A stretch of DNA of 64,000 nt from Methylotenera sp. (GTDB lineage Bacteria > Pseudomonadota > Gammaproteobacteria > Burkholderiales > Methylophilaceae): positions 17,077 through 81,076 of the forward strand of contig JBEBJI010000006.1 of NCBI GenBank assembly GCA_040079935.1, given 5' to 3'. The notes under the pieces were generated by a model. The model made no database searches and was not told the origin of the DNA. It worked only from the letters and a program-made list of their open reading frames with translations. The first letter of the stretch is position 1; every line of letters starts with the position of its first letter. Below are positions 51,042 to 61,057 of the stretch, piece by piece. Made by a program: the position numbers and the translations under genes.

Positions 51042-51623
51042 TTATTTTTTAATCACCCAGCCGATGAATTTCAAATCTGCATAGTAGTAATCGGGCTGAT
51101 GTTGCGGTACTTTGTAGCCAACATTACCCTTTTTAATGCGAAAGCCGCTATTGCGGTAACCCCCGCCAAATAAACCGCCTAGTAAGCCACTACTGTTGTA
51201 ATTAGGGCCTTCCAGCGCATATCCATCGGGAGAAGTCAAAGAAGTATCGAGTTCCATATTTTTCGTTTCTTCTAACACCACTTCCACACCATCGCTCAAC
51301 TTACTTTCATCCACCGCAATCTCGCGCACCGTCTCGGTTTTAGCGTCATACGCCATCAACCTGTGCGAGCCCGAACTGTAATTGTTTTTATCATCGCTCT
51401 TTTTAGCTTTTACCATTAACTGTTTGTTTTTTACATTAAAATCAAGCACATATTCAGGTTTATTTTGATAATCATATTTTGTGGTGGTAAACAACATTTC
51501 ATATTGCGGTGGTGTGCCAAACGATTTTGGCAGCACCGTCGCCACAAAAAACAGCACAATCAGCAAAACTGGTAACGCCAAACCAATTAGTAATACGAGA
51601 TTTTCTTTCATCCAATTTTTCAT
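51042..51623 (-). CDS. Hypothetical membrane-anchored protein
   Basis: N-terminal TM followed by a soluble domain. Confidence 0.7.
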   Translation of the reverse strand: MKNWMKENLVLLIGLALPVLLIVLFFVATVLPKSFGTPPQYEMLFTTTKYDYQNKPEYVLDFNVKNKQLMVKAKKSDDKNNYSSGSHRLMAYDAKTETVREIAVDESKLSDGVEVVLEETKNMELDTSLTSPDGYALEGPNYNSSGLLGGLFGGGYRNSGFRIKKGNVGYKVPQHQPDYYYADLKFIGWVIKK

Positions 51624-51635
51624 GGCACCATATCC

Positions 51636-52598
51636 TCAATCCTTAGCTTTAATAAACTGTTCTATTTCGCGCAATACTACGCTATTCAAGTCGGGATTCA
51701 AACAATCTAACTCTATCGTATCATCCATGCCACGTGACATACTTCTCAACCATGTGAGCTGCCTTTTGGCGAGTTGGCGCGTGGCGAATATGCCTCTGTC
51801 ACGTAATTCTGCAGCATCATAATCACCGCGTAAATGTTCTAAAGTTTGTCGATAGCCCACGCAGCGCATAGATGTTGATTCTGGCGTTAAACTTGGGTAT
51901 TTCGCAATCAGCGCCCTCACCTCGTCCAGCAAGCCATCTTTTAACATTTGCTCAAATCGCGCTTCAATACGCGCATGCAGCACTTTTCGGTTACTGGGGA
52001 CTAGTGCAATTTTAAGTACTTTATAAGGCAAAACGTCAGAAGTTTGCTTAGCAAACAGGCTAGACATGGTTTCGCCTGTAATTGCATACACCTCCAACGC
52101 ACGCTGAATGCGCTGCATATCGTTAGGCATTAAGCGCGCGGCAGTTTCTGGGTCGATGCTCGCAAGCTTACTGTGCATGGCTGGCCAGCCTATTTGCGCG
52201 GCTTCTGCGTCGAGTTTCGCGCGAACTTCTTGGTTGGCCTCTGGCAAACCACTTAAACCGCCCTCTAGCGCCTTAAAATACAACATCGTGCCGCCAACCA
52301 ATAAAGGGATTTTGCTGCGCGCAATAATCTCTGCCATCAAACGCAAGGCATCACTTCTAAAATTCGCCGCAGAATACGCCTCGGTTGGCGGAATCATATC
52401 AATCAGATGATGCGGTGCGCTTGCTAGCGTTGCCGCATCTGGCTTGGCGGTGCCAATGTTCATGTCTTTAAACACCAATGCAGAATCCACACTGATGATT
52501 TCAACCGGAAATTTGGAATGCAAATAAACCGCCGCACCAGTCTTACCGCTGGCGGTTGGACCCATGAGGAATATCGCTTTTTTGTTCAAATCTATCAC
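51636..52598 (-). CDS. miaA: tRNA dimethylallyltransferase
   Basis: GPTASGKT, SVDSALVF, GTAKP, GGTMLY, TRQLAKRQLTW. Confidence 0.98.
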   Translation of the reverse strand: MIDLNKKAIFLMGPTASGKTGAAVYLHSKFPVEIISVDSALVFKDMNIGTAKPDAATLASAPHHLIDMIPPTEAYSAANFRSDALRLMAEIIARSKIPLLVGGTMLYFKALEGGLSGLPEANQEVRAKLDAEAAQIGWPAMHSKLASIDPETAARLMPNDMQRIQRALEVYAITGETMSSLFAKQTSDVLPYKVLKIALVPSNRKVLHARIEARFEQMLKDGLLDEVRALIAKYPSLTPESTSMRCVGYRQTLEHLRGDYDAAELRDRGIFATRQLAKRQLTWLRSMSRGMDDTIELDCLNPDLNSVVLREIEQFIKAKD

Positions 52599-53380
52599 GA
52601 ATCAGCCCCTGTGCCCCGTTCGTTAAGTTTCAACATATTGGCATCAAAAGCAACGAGACCTACAACATAGAAGGACATTCGAAAATAAATACCATACATT
52701 CCCAAATGGCCGTCTTCTGAAATCTGAACGCTATAGGAAAATTGCTTATTGAGGCTTACATTGTCTCTTTTAAGTTGGACATCCTCTCTTACTAACCCAT
52801 TAAGTTCTTTAGGAAACTTCCCAGCCATAAAATCTGCATTTGACCACCATTTAGTTTTTATTGCAGAGTTATGTGGGACAATTTTTCCTGTATGCTTGTA
52901 ATGCAATGCTTTGATAATCTTAATATTTACAATATCAATTGCCTGATTCCAGCCACTAGGTACACTAACAAGAGGTAGCTCGCCGTAGGTCTGGCCTTGG
53001 CCAATTTGTAATCCGTGCTTCTTAGCCAACCTTCTTTTCTGATTCGCGCTTAAAATTATACTGCCCGCCTCATCTGGATAAAGCTCAATATATGCTTTAA
53101 TAAGTTTTTCTGTTTCGCGAGAAACCACCTCAGACTCTTTTTCGGAAGGATTTATTCTTGAAACCATAGCAAAGATGCTGTCATCTTTACTAGAATCATT
53201 ATTACATTTTGAACATGCTGGGAAAACGTATCCTATAGGCCATTTTTTACTATCGAAAACACTTTTAGGGGGCAAATGGTCTTGGGTCGTAGCTTTTTCT
53301 ATTCCTCCACAAAAACAGCAGATAGGATGAGAAGATAAAAATCTCGTAAGTCCATTTAACCTACTTTTCTTTTTACCCAA
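52595..53380 (-). CDS. HNH-like zinc-finger protein inserted between mutL and miaA
   Basis: CCFCG...TQDHLPPKSVF...PACSKCNN; AT-richer than flanks; TTG start. Confidence 0.65.
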   Translation of the reverse strand: MGKKKSRLNGLTRFLSSHPICCFCGGIEKATTQDHLPPKSVFDSKKWPIGYVFPACSKCNNDSSKDDSIFAMVSRINPSEKESEVVSRETEKLIKAYIELYPDEAGSIILSANQKRRLAKKHGLQIGQGQTYGELPLVSVPSGWNQAIDIVNIKIIKALHYKHTGKIVPHNSAIKTKWWSNADFMAGKFPKELNGLVREDVQLKRDNVSLNKQFSYSVQISEDGHLGMYGIYFRMSFYVVGLVAFDANMLKLNERGTGADS

Positions 53381-53381
53381 A

Positions 53382-55178
53382 CTATTTACCCCGCATAAAC
53401 ATTTTGTCTAAATCGGTCATGGATACCTGAAACCAAGTCGGGCGGCCGTGATTACACATACCACTGCGTTCTGTCGCTTCCATATCGCGAAGCAAGGCGT
53501 TCATTTCGGGAATAGTGAGGCTACGATTCGCACGCACAGCCGCGTGGCAAGCCATGGTGCCTAATAACTCATTACGACGCTCCGTGAGCGCACGGCTGGC
53601 ACCGTATTCGCGTAAATCTTTCAATACGTCTCTGGCTAATTGCACGGCGTCTGCATTTTGTAGCATGGTGGGCACTGCGCGAACTGCTAATGTAGAAGGC
53701 GAAAGCACGGCAATATCAAACCCCAATTGCCGCAGATTATCCGCGCCGCTTGCCAGCTCTTCGTTAACGGCTGCCACTTCTAGCCTATCTGCATTAAAGC
53801 TCACGGGAATGAGCAATGGTTGCATACTAACCGCGTTATCATCGAGTGCGTTTTTAAGTTGCTCGTACATAATGCGCTCGTGTGCGGCGTGCATATCGAC
53901 CACCACCAAGCCTTGCGCGTTTTGTGCCAGCACGTATATGCCGTGAATTTGCGCAACGGCAAAGCCTAAAGGAAACGTATGTGTGTTTTCAGCATTTAAA
54001 ATGGCATCGCCAGCAACCGCATGGATATTGGCTTGCAGAGCATCTGTTTTCGCGATATTTTGAGTGCTGCCGAATAAAGTTTCATAAAAATTGGTGGGTT
54101 GCTGTGCGCCTAAATTGATTTGAGATTGATATTGCGGATAAGCTGCGAATGGATTATGTGCGGCTTGATTGGCCGTTACTGCATTTGAAACGCCCGTTGG
54201 CGTGGCCAAACTTTTATTCAGCGCGTGAAAAATAAAGCGGTGAATCGCTTGTCCATCGCGAAAACGCACCTCGGTTTTTGCTGGATGCACGTTCACATCG
54301 ACAAGATTAGGATCAAGCTCTAAAAACAGCACAAAAGCTGGGTGGCGGTCGTGATGCAGCACATCTTGATAGGCTTGGCGAATGGCGTGCGCAATGAGTT
54401 TGTCGCGCACAAAACGACCGTTAACATAGACATATTGCGTATCGCGGCTGTTGCGGTTAAACGTCGGTTTCGCTGCCATTCCCCACAATTTTAGGCCTGC
54501 AGCTTCTTCGCTAATTTCGATAGATTCGGCTGCAAATTCCGCGCCTAACACCTCGCTGAAGCGCTTATTTGCGTGACTCGCACTATAACGACTTAAAACG
54601 CGACCATTATGCTGTAGCGTAAACGTGACATCGGGGCGAGAAAGCGCGACGCGACTAAACGCTTCTTCGCAATGACCGAATTCGGTGGCTTCAGTTTTTA
54701 AAAACTTGCGCCTCGCCGGTGTGTTGAAATATAAATCATTGACTTCGACGATTGTGCCAACATCCAATCCAATTGGCTCGAGATGCGCTATTTCACTTCC
54801 TTCCGAGGCAATACGCCATGCGTGTTTAGTTTCAACTGCACGGCTTGAAATCTGCGTGCGCGAAACAGATGCTATACTCGCCAACGCCTCACCACGAAAA
54901 CCTAAACTGGCGACAGATTCCAAATCTTCCAGCGTGGCAATTTTACTCGTGGCATGGCGTGTCAGCGCCATAGCTAAGTCATCTTGTGCAATGCCGTTGC
55001 CGTTATCAGTGACTTTTAGTTGCTTAACTCCGCCTTGCAAAAGTGAAACTTGAATATCGCTAGAACCCGCGTCCAGGCTATTTTCCAGCAATTCTTTCAA
55101 TGCTGAGGCAGGCCGTTCCACGACCTCGCCAGCGGCGATTTGACTGATGAGTTGATTGGGTAAAAGTTGGATGCGCAT
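53382..55178 (-). CDS. mutL: DNA mismatch repair protein MutL
   Basis: IAAGEVVERP, KELLENSLDAG, GFRGEAL, DMHAAHERI, CNHGRP; true start MRIQLL at 55178. Confidence 0.98.
   Translation of the reverse strand: MRIQLLPNQLISQIAAGEVVERPASALKELLENSLDAGSSDIQVSLLQGGVKQLKVTDNGNGIAQDDLAMALTRHATSKIATLEDLESVASLGFRGEALASIASVSRTQISSRAVETKHAWRIASEGSEIAHLEPIGLDVGTIVEVNDLYFNTPARRKFLKTEATEFGHCEEAFSRVALSRPDVTFTLQHNGRVLSRYSASHANKRFSEVLGAEFAAESIEISEEAAGLKLWGMAAKPTFNRNSRDTQYVYVNGRFVRDKLIAHAIRQAYQDVLHHDRHPAFVLFLELDPNLVDVNVHPAKTEVRFRDGQAIHRFIFHALNKSLATPTGVSNAVTANQAAHNPFAAYPQYQSQINLGAQQPTNFYETLFGSTQNIAKTDALQANIHAVAGDAILNAENTHTFPLGFAVAQIHGIYVLAQNAQGLVVVDMHAAHERIMYEQLKNALDDNAVSMQPLLIPVSFNADRLEVAAVNEELASGADNLRQLGFDIAVLSPSTLAVRAVPTMLQNADAVQLARDVLKDLREYGASRALTERRNELLGTMACHAAVRANRSLTIPEMNALLRDMEATERSGMCNHGRPTWFQVSMTDLDKMFMRGK
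54005..54043 (+). repeat. 39-bp repeat, copy inside mutL linker
   Basis: CATCGCCAGCAACC GCATGGATATT GGCTTGCAGAGCAT (DALQANIHAVAGDA). Confidence 0.85.
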
Positions 55179-55251
55179 AGGCAGTATTCTACTTTGATTT
55201 CGCCCGAAAGGGCCTATTGGAAATGCCGCAATTTTGCGCTTAGAAAAGGTG

Positions 55252-56583
55252 CTAATCTTTGGCGATTTTGGTTTTTGCCAACGCAGGATTGCTGGCGAAA
55301 TACTTTTTAATACCATTTAAAATAGAATCTACCAATTTATCTTGGTAAGCCTCATCATTTAATCTTTTTTCTTCATCCGGGTTGCTGATAAATGCCGTCT
55401 CAACCAATATCGACGGGATATCTGGCGATTTTAATACTGCAAAACCCGCTTGTTCGACATGATTTTTATGTAATTTATTAATCTCACCAATATGCCCAAG
55501 CACGGCTTTGCCAAGTTTCAAACTATCGTTAATCGTCGCGGTTTGTGATAAATCTAACAAGGTTTTAGCTAGCACGGGATCGCGACCTCCAAGACTCACG
55601 CCCCCAATCAAATCCGATTCATTTTCCTTTTTCGCCAAATATCTAGCCGAGGCACTTGTCGCGCCTTTTTCTGACAGCGCGAACACCGAAGAGCCGCGCG
55701 CAGCGGGGTTGGTAAAAGCATCGGCGTGAATCGAGATGAACAAATCAGCCTTAAATTTACGCGCCTTGACTACGCGCGTACCAAGCGGCACAAAATAATC
55801 GCCATCGCGCGTTAACATGGCGCGCATATTGGGTTCTTCATCAATTTTTGCCTTTAGTTTTTTGGCAATATTTAATGTAATATCTTTCTCGCGACTACCA
55901 TTGGCACCGCGAGCACCTGGGTCTTCGCCACCGTGGCCAGCATCAATCGCGATGGTAATTAAACGCTCGTCATCTTTACTGGCTATAGTTGTTTCTTCTT
56001 TTTTATCGGCAGGTACAGCGTCTGGGGCTGGCTCAGCTGTTGCTTCTGAAGTTACTTCGTCTGGCCCGCCAGTGCTAGGCGGTAGCGGCTCTATCACTGG
56101 TTTTGTGGTATCTGTCTCGGTCGACTTTTTATCTTCACTACTTTTTTTACCTAGCATGGCCATTAATTCATCTTGCAGCGGGTAAATATCCAACACTAAT
56201 CGATGTTTATAATCACCAGCGGGGGCCAGCGCGAACAAGTTCGATTTCACCTCGCCTTTTAAATCCACCGCAATGCGCACTACGCCAGGTTTAAACTTGG
56301 CTACACGCACTTGTTTGATATACGGATCGCCCGACAAAATTTTGTCCGAAAGTGAAGTGAGCGCGTTGGTCAGCTCTAAATCTTCAATATCCAGTACCAA
56401 TCTATCAGGATTTTTTAAAATTATGAGCTGATATTTGATGGGCGCGGAAGATTCAAATGCAATACGCGTATATTCCTGCGCAGGCCATACGCGCGCAGCT
56501 GTGATGGTATTTGCGGCATAAGCAATTGAATTTATTAGAAATAAACTTGCTAACAGAAAGTAAGTTAAAACGCTTTTAAACAT
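55252..56583 (-). CDS. amiC: N-acetylmuramoyl-L-alanine amidase with AMIN domain
   Basis: AMIN N-terminus, DAGHGGEDPGA, SIHAD, SILVETAFISN. Confidence 0.93.
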   Translation of the reverse strand: MFKSVLTYFLLASLFLINSIAYAANTITAARVWPAQEYTRIAFESSAPIKYQLIILKNPDRLVLDIEDLELTNALTSLSDKILSGDPYIKQVRVAKFKPGVVRIAVDLKGEVKSNLFALAPAGDYKHRLVLDIYPLQDELMAMLGKKSSEDKKSTETDTTKPVIEPLPPSTGGPDEVTSEATAEPAPDAVPADKKEETTIASKDDERLITIAIDAGHGGEDPGARGANGSREKDITLNIAKKLKAKIDEEPNMRAMLTRDGDYFVPLGTRVVKARKFKADLFISIHADAFTNPAARGSSVFALSEKGATSASARYLAKKENESDLIGGVSLGGRDPVLAKTLLDLSQTATINDSLKLGKAVLGHIGEINKLHKNHVEQAGFAVLKSPDIPSILVETAFISNPDEEKRLNDEAYQDKLVDSILNGIKKYFASNPALAKTKIAKD

Positions 56584-57044
56584 GCTTTACCTAGTGATGA
56601 ACTTGCTGAAAATTGAATTTTTCGGCCATGTGTATTTTGGTCTAACTTAAACATTGAAAGTTTCACATGAATATCTGGCTCTGGCAACACGTGTGCGGCT
56701 TTTTCTGGCCATTCGATCAAGCAAATACTTTGCGGATTAAAATAATCTCTAAAGCCTGCCGCATCCCATTCCTCTTCGCTATTAAATCTATATAAATCAA
56801 AATGATAAACTTGATATCTCGAAACAGTATAAGGTTCAACCAATGTATATGTCGGGCTTTTAACTTTGCCAACATGGCCTAAACCATGCAAAACACCTCG
56901 TACAAAAGTGGTTTTTCCCGCGCCTAGGTCGCCATGCAAGTAAATATTTAACCCTGACACCAAAATACTAGAAAATCGCTCACCGCAAGCCAATGTTGCT
57001 GCTTCATTATCTAATGTTAATGTAATATCATTGCCGCTATGCAT
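56565..57044 (-). CDS. tsaE: t6A biosynthesis ATPase
   Basis: GDLGAGKT, KSPTYTLVE, HFDLYR, IEWP. Confidence 0.96.
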   Translation of the reverse strand: MHSGNDITLTLDNEAATLACGERFSSILVSGLNIYLHGDLGAGKTTFVRGVLHGLGHVGKVKSPTYTLVEPYTVSRYQVYHFDLYRFNSEEEWDAAGFRDYFNPQSICLIEWPEKAAHVLPEPDIHVKLSMFKLDQNTHGRKIQFSASSSLGKACLKAF

Positions 57045-58100
57045 TTAAACACTTCTAACGATTATGCGAGCCTTGCGGCTGACATCAAGCGCTGGGGCCG
57101 TGAGCTGGGCTTTGCGGAGATTGGCATCGCCGATATTGATTTGTCGCGCGCAGAAATTGAGCACCAAGCGTGGATTAAAAAAGGCTTTCATGGTGACATG
57201 GATTATATGGCAAAACATGGCACAAAACGCACGCGCCCTGCCGATTTAGTGCCAAATACTATGCGCGTGATTTCCGCCAGATTGGATTATTTGCCGCCCA
57301 AAGTGCGCGATAGCTGGAATGTAATGGAAAACGGTGAGCGAGCATTTATTTCGCGCTATGCGCTTGGCCGCGATTATCACAAAGTAATGCGCAATAAACT
57401 ACAAAAATTGTGCGATAAAATCTCAGAGAATGTAAAAGAATTTGAATTCAGAGTCTTTACAGATAGCGCGCCAGTGCTAGAAGTGGCGCTGGCAGAGAAA
57501 GCTGGCTTGGGTTGGCGCGGCAAACATACTTTACTGATTAATAAAGAACATGGCTCATGGTTTTTTCTGGGTGAAATTTACACCAATTTACCGTTGCCGA
57601 CAGATGAAAAAGCCTCTAACCATTGCGGCACGTGCTCGGCTTGCATCGACATCTGCCCTACTCATGCCATTACTGCGCCTTACGAAGTAGATGCGCGGCG
57701 CTGCATTTCATATTTAACTATCGAGCTGAAAGGCTCTATACCATTAGAGTTCAGACCATTAATAGGCAATAGAGTGTATGGCTGTGACGATTGCCAACTC
57801 GTATGCCCGTGGAATAAATTTGCAGAGATTACGCAAGAGCTAGATTTTAATGTGCGCAACGGTTTAGATGACATCAGCTTAATTGAATGTTTTGGCTGGA
57901 GTGAAGCAGAATTCAACCAAAAAATGGCGGGTAGTGCGATTTATAGAATCGGTTACGCGCAATGGCTACGCAATATCGCAGTAGGTTTAGGCAATGCGCC
58001 TAGCTCACCCGAAGTACTTAGCGCATTAAAAGCGCGCGCAAATGACAGCAGTGAGTTGCTGCGAGAGCACGTAGAATGGGCATTGCAGAGGCATCAATAA
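57039..58100 (+). CDS. queG: Epoxyqueuosine reductase
   Basis: YALGRDYH, FTDSAPVLE, CGTCSACIDICP, YGCDDCQLVCPWN. Confidence 0.97.
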   Translation: MHLNTSNDYASLAADIKRWGRELGFAEIGIADIDLSRAEIEHQAWIKKGFHGDMDYMAKHGTKRTRPADLVPNTMRVISARLDYLPPKVRDSWNVMENGERAFISRYALGRDYHKVMRNKLQKLCDKISENVKEFEFRVFTDSAPVLEVALAEKAGLGWRGKHTLLINKEHGSWFFLGEIYTNLPLPTDEKASNHCGTCSACIDICPTHAITAPYEVDARRCISYLTIELKGSIPLEFRPLIGNRVYGCDDCQLVCPWNKFAEITQELDFNVRNGLDDISLIECFGWSEAEFNQKMAGSAIYRIGYAQWLRNIAVGLGNAPSSPEVLSALKARANDSSELLREHVEWALQRHQ

Positions 58101-58101
58101 A

Positions 58102-58674
58102 CTACTCAACATTTTTCTGCAATTCCATTTCAGGCTCGAAAACTGGATTGCGCTCCAACACAATCCCAGTACCGTTGCTGCTTGAGCTTTCTTTGGCATC
58201 TAACATAGGTGCCTCGTTGCTTGGGGCGCTTTCAACGCCAATCTCTTCAGCTTTCACTGGGTAAATATCCAAGGCTAAGCGATGCTGATATCCGCCTGCA
58301 GGCTTGTAGGTGCTCAACTTTGGGGCGGCCGCAGTTTTTAAATCCACCACTACGCGTGTGACGCCTTGCTTAAAATTGGCCACTCGCACTTTTTTAATGT
58401 AAAAATCTTCTGGCAAAACATTGCTTGTAAGTGCTTTCAGCGATTGATTTATCGCGACGTTTTTCAAATCCAGCACCACGCGATCAGGTTTTTTAAGTAT
58501 CAGCATCGCATGCACAATAGCTTGGTCAGATTCAATAGTAATACGCGTATATTCGCTGACAGGCAATACGCTAGCAGCAATAACCGTTGCAGCGTAGCTA
58601 GATATATTTGCTAATGAAAAAGCGCTAACAAACAGAAATTTGGCAAAAAAATTATTCACTCGCGAAACATACAA
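58102..58674 (-). CDS. Stand-alone AMIN-domain protein
   Basis: Signal peptide; YTRITIES, PDRVVLDL, RVVVDLK, HRLALDIYP, parallel to the AmiC N-terminus. Confidence 0.85.
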   Translation of the reverse strand: MYVSRVNNFFAKFLFVSAFSLANISSYAATVIAASVLPVSEYTRITIESDQAIVHAMLILKKPDRVVLDLKNVAINQSLKALTSNVLPEDFYIKKVRVANFKQGVTRVVVDLKTAAAPKLSTYKPAGGYQHRLALDIYPVKAEEIGVESAPSNEAPMLDAKESSSSNGTGIVLERNPVFEPEMELQKNVE

Positions 58675-58679
58675 ACTAA

Positions 58680-59612
58680 TTAAGCTAGAGTCAACTTTGC
58701 CGAACTTAACATGGCAGCCCCCAACATACCTGCGGTATCATTGGTAGTGGAAATTTTAACGGTGATTTTGTCGCGCAATACGGGGATTAAATCGGCTTCA
58801 AACCTTGCATCGAAAGCGCTTTTCATCAAAAGCCAAGCGCCACTCATGCCGCCACCAATCACAACGGTTTGCGCATCCACCACCTTCAAAATGCTCGCAA
58901 GCGCTTGTGCTAAAGCATTTGCAGCCAGTTCGTAAGCCTCGATTGCCGCTTTATCACCTTTATGTGCAAGTTCAGCAATTTGATGTGCGGTAAGTTGTTT
59001 TTGTATGGCGTTAAAATAGCTAATGGCGACGCCAGTGGCCGAAGCATAGGCTTCCATGCAGCCTTTGTTGCCACAACCACATTGTCGGCCGTTTGATTCA
59101 ACGATGATGTGCCCAACTTCCATCGCACAGCCATGTTGTCCGCTAACTATTTTGCTATCTAAAATTAAACCTCCGCCCACGCCCGTGCCAAGTCCCATGT
59201 AAATCAGCCCGCCTTCCGGCTTGCCTGCTAAACTATATTCACCAAAAGCAGCTGCATTGGCATCGTTTTCTAACGCAACTGGTAAATTGATGGCTTTCGA
59301 CAATTGCGCGCTCAAATCAAAATCTTTCAAATGCGGCAAATTGGGCGATTGCATTATTTTTTTTGTTGTTGGGTCAATAAAACCTGGGAAACCGACACCA
59401 ACTGCTTGAATTGCGAGATATTTTTTTTGCAGCGCGTGAATTTCTGTAAATAAAATTCTTATTACTTCTACAGGCGCAGTTTCAAAAGTAAGCGCCCGGC
59501 AGACCCCACCAATATTGACTTCCAGGCGTGTTATTTCGACTAATTTTTTGCCTTCAAACACACCAAATCGAATATTAGTGCCGCCAACATCGATGCCAAT
59601 CGTTAATGCCAC
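58680..59612 (-). CDS. ROK-family sugar kinase (glucokinase-like)
   Basis: GIDVGGT, ENDANAAA, GTGVGGG, EVGH, CGCGNKGCME. Confidence 0.92.
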   Translation of the reverse strand: MALTIGIDVGGTNIRFGVFEGKKLVEITRLEVNIGGVCRALTFETAPVEVIRILFTEIHALQKKYLAIQAVGVGFPGFIDPTTKKIMQSPNLPHLKDFDLSAQLSKAINLPVALENDANAAAFGEYSLAGKPEGGLIYMGLGTGVGGGLILDSKIVSGQHGCAMEVGHIIVESNGRQCGCGNKGCMEAYASATGVAISYFNAIQKQLTAHQIAELAHKGDKAAIEAYELAANALAQALASILKVVDAQTVVIGGGMSGAWLLMKSAFDARFEADLIPVLRDKITVKISTTNDTAGMLGAAMLSSAKLTLA

Positions 59613-61057
59613 TAATGTACCCTATTCGACTGCTGAATAGCCTGTTTAATGCCATCAATGTGTTCTGTTTTTAGCGCATCCCAATCAAATCGCCATTGCC
59701 AATTGCCGCCCATGGTGCCAGGAACATTCATGCGATGCTTCGCATCCAAGCCCAAAATGTCCTGCATAGGAATAATGGCAATATTGGCTTTTGTTTCAAG
59801 CGCCAATTGCACCAAGGCTTGCGGCATATTAGGTTGCGCGCTTTTTAGCACGGCATGCAGATGATTTTTTGCGCGTTCATCCAAGGCTTGATACCAACCC
59901 AGCGTGGTGTCATTATCGTGCGTACCTGTGTAAACCACACTATTTTCCTGAATATTCTGTGGAAGATACGGATTTTTATCATCGCCGCCAAAGGCAAATT
60001 GTAAGATTTTCATGCCTGGCAGATTATATTTTTCGCGTAAAGCATCAACTTCTGTAGTAATAATGCCCAAATCTTCTGCAATCAAACTTAAATGCGGAAA
60101 ATGTCCTTTAATAGTTTTTAATAAAGCATCGCCAGGAGCCAATACCCATGAGCCTTGCACGGCAGTCTCAGAGGTAGCTGGAACTTCCCAAGCAGATTCT
60201 AAACCGCGAAAATGGTCAATGCGCAACATGTCGAACATACGATTTTGCGTGCGCATACGCCCTAGCCACCAGCTAAACCCATTGCGCTGCATGGCGGGCC
60301 AGTTGTAATGCGGGTTGCCCCAGCGCTGGCCAGTCTCGCTAAAATAATCAGGTGGTACGCCCGCCACCACTTGCATATTTTTTGCAGAATCCAGCTTAAA
60401 TAAATGCGGTTTTGCCCACACATCAGCGCTGTCGAACGCCACAAAGAGTGGAATATCGCCAAACATCGCAATGTTGCGCTTATTTGCATATTTTTTAAGC
60501 GCTTGCCATTGCCGAAAAAACAAAAACTGCGTGAATTTAATCACGCCAATTTCATGCGCGTGGCGTTTTTTCACTTTCGCCATTACGGCTGCTTGTTTAT
60601 TTTTGTAGGCAGTTGGCCAAGTGTTCCAACTGGTATGTTTAAACTTTTCGCGCAGCACCAAAAAGAGTGCGAAATCGCCCAGCCAAGCCAAGTTTTCGCG
60701 GCAAAAATGGACGAACTCTTGTTGTAATTTTAAATTTTTATGTTGTTTATAATGTACATAGGCATCGCCAAGAGCCGCATGGATATTACCTTGCAGAGCA
60801 TCTCGTTTTATTAGTTTTTGCTCAACTAATTGCTCTAAACTAATAAATTTAGGATTGCCCGCATGGGCGCTTAAACATTGATATGGAGAACCATCATCGT
60901 GCGGCATATTCAGCGGCAAAGTTTGCCAAACGTGCGCACCAATGTCAGCTAAAAAATCGACAAACTTTTGCGCATCCGCACCAAAATCACCCGCTGGTAG
61001 CGAGCTGACGTGCAGTAAAACGCCTGCGCAACGTGCTTGATTTGAATTTTGTGACAT
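59612..61057 (-). CDS. malQ: 4-alpha-glucanotransferase (amylomaltase)
   Basis: GVPPDYFSETGQRWGNP, RIDHFRG, AEDLG, YTGTHDNDT. Confidence 0.96.
   Translation of the reverse strand: MSQNSNQARCAGVLLHVSSLPAGDFGADAQKFVDFLADIGAHVWQTLPLNMPHDDGSPYQCLSAHAGNPKFISLEQLVEQKLIKRDALQGNIHAALGDAYVHYKQHKNLKLQQEFVHFCRENLAWLGDFALFLVLREKFKHTSWNTWPTAYKNKQAAVMAKVKKRHAHEIGVIKFTQFLFFRQWQALKKYANKRNIAMFGDIPLFVAFDSADVWAKPHLFKLDSAKNMQVVAGVPPDYFSETGQRWGNPHYNWPAMQRNGFSWWLGRMRTQNRMFDMLRIDHFRGLESAWEVPATSETAVQGSWVLAPGDALLKTIKGHFPHLSLIAEDLGIITTEVDALREKYNLPGMKILQFAFGGDDKNPYLPQNIQENSVVYTGTHDNDTTLGWYQALDERAKNHLHAVLKSAQPNMPQALVQLALETKANIAIIPMQDILGLDAKHRMNVPGTMGGNWQWRFDWDALKTEHIDGIKQAIQQSNRVH
60127..60165 (-). repeat. 39-bp repeat, copy inside malQ
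   Basis: CATCGCCAGGAGCC AATACCCATGA GCCTTGCACGGCAG (VQGSWVLAPGDA). Confidence 0.6.
60763..60801 (+). repeat. 39-bp repeat, second copy inside malQ
   Basis: CATCGCCAAGAGCC GCATGGATATT ACCTTGCAGAGCAT (DALQGNIHAALGDA). Confidence 0.82.

Noticed and set aside
55179-55316. 46-aa N-terminal extension of MutL in the ORF track
   Set aside because: Overlaps the amiC 3-prime end; MutL homology begins at MRIQLL (55178).
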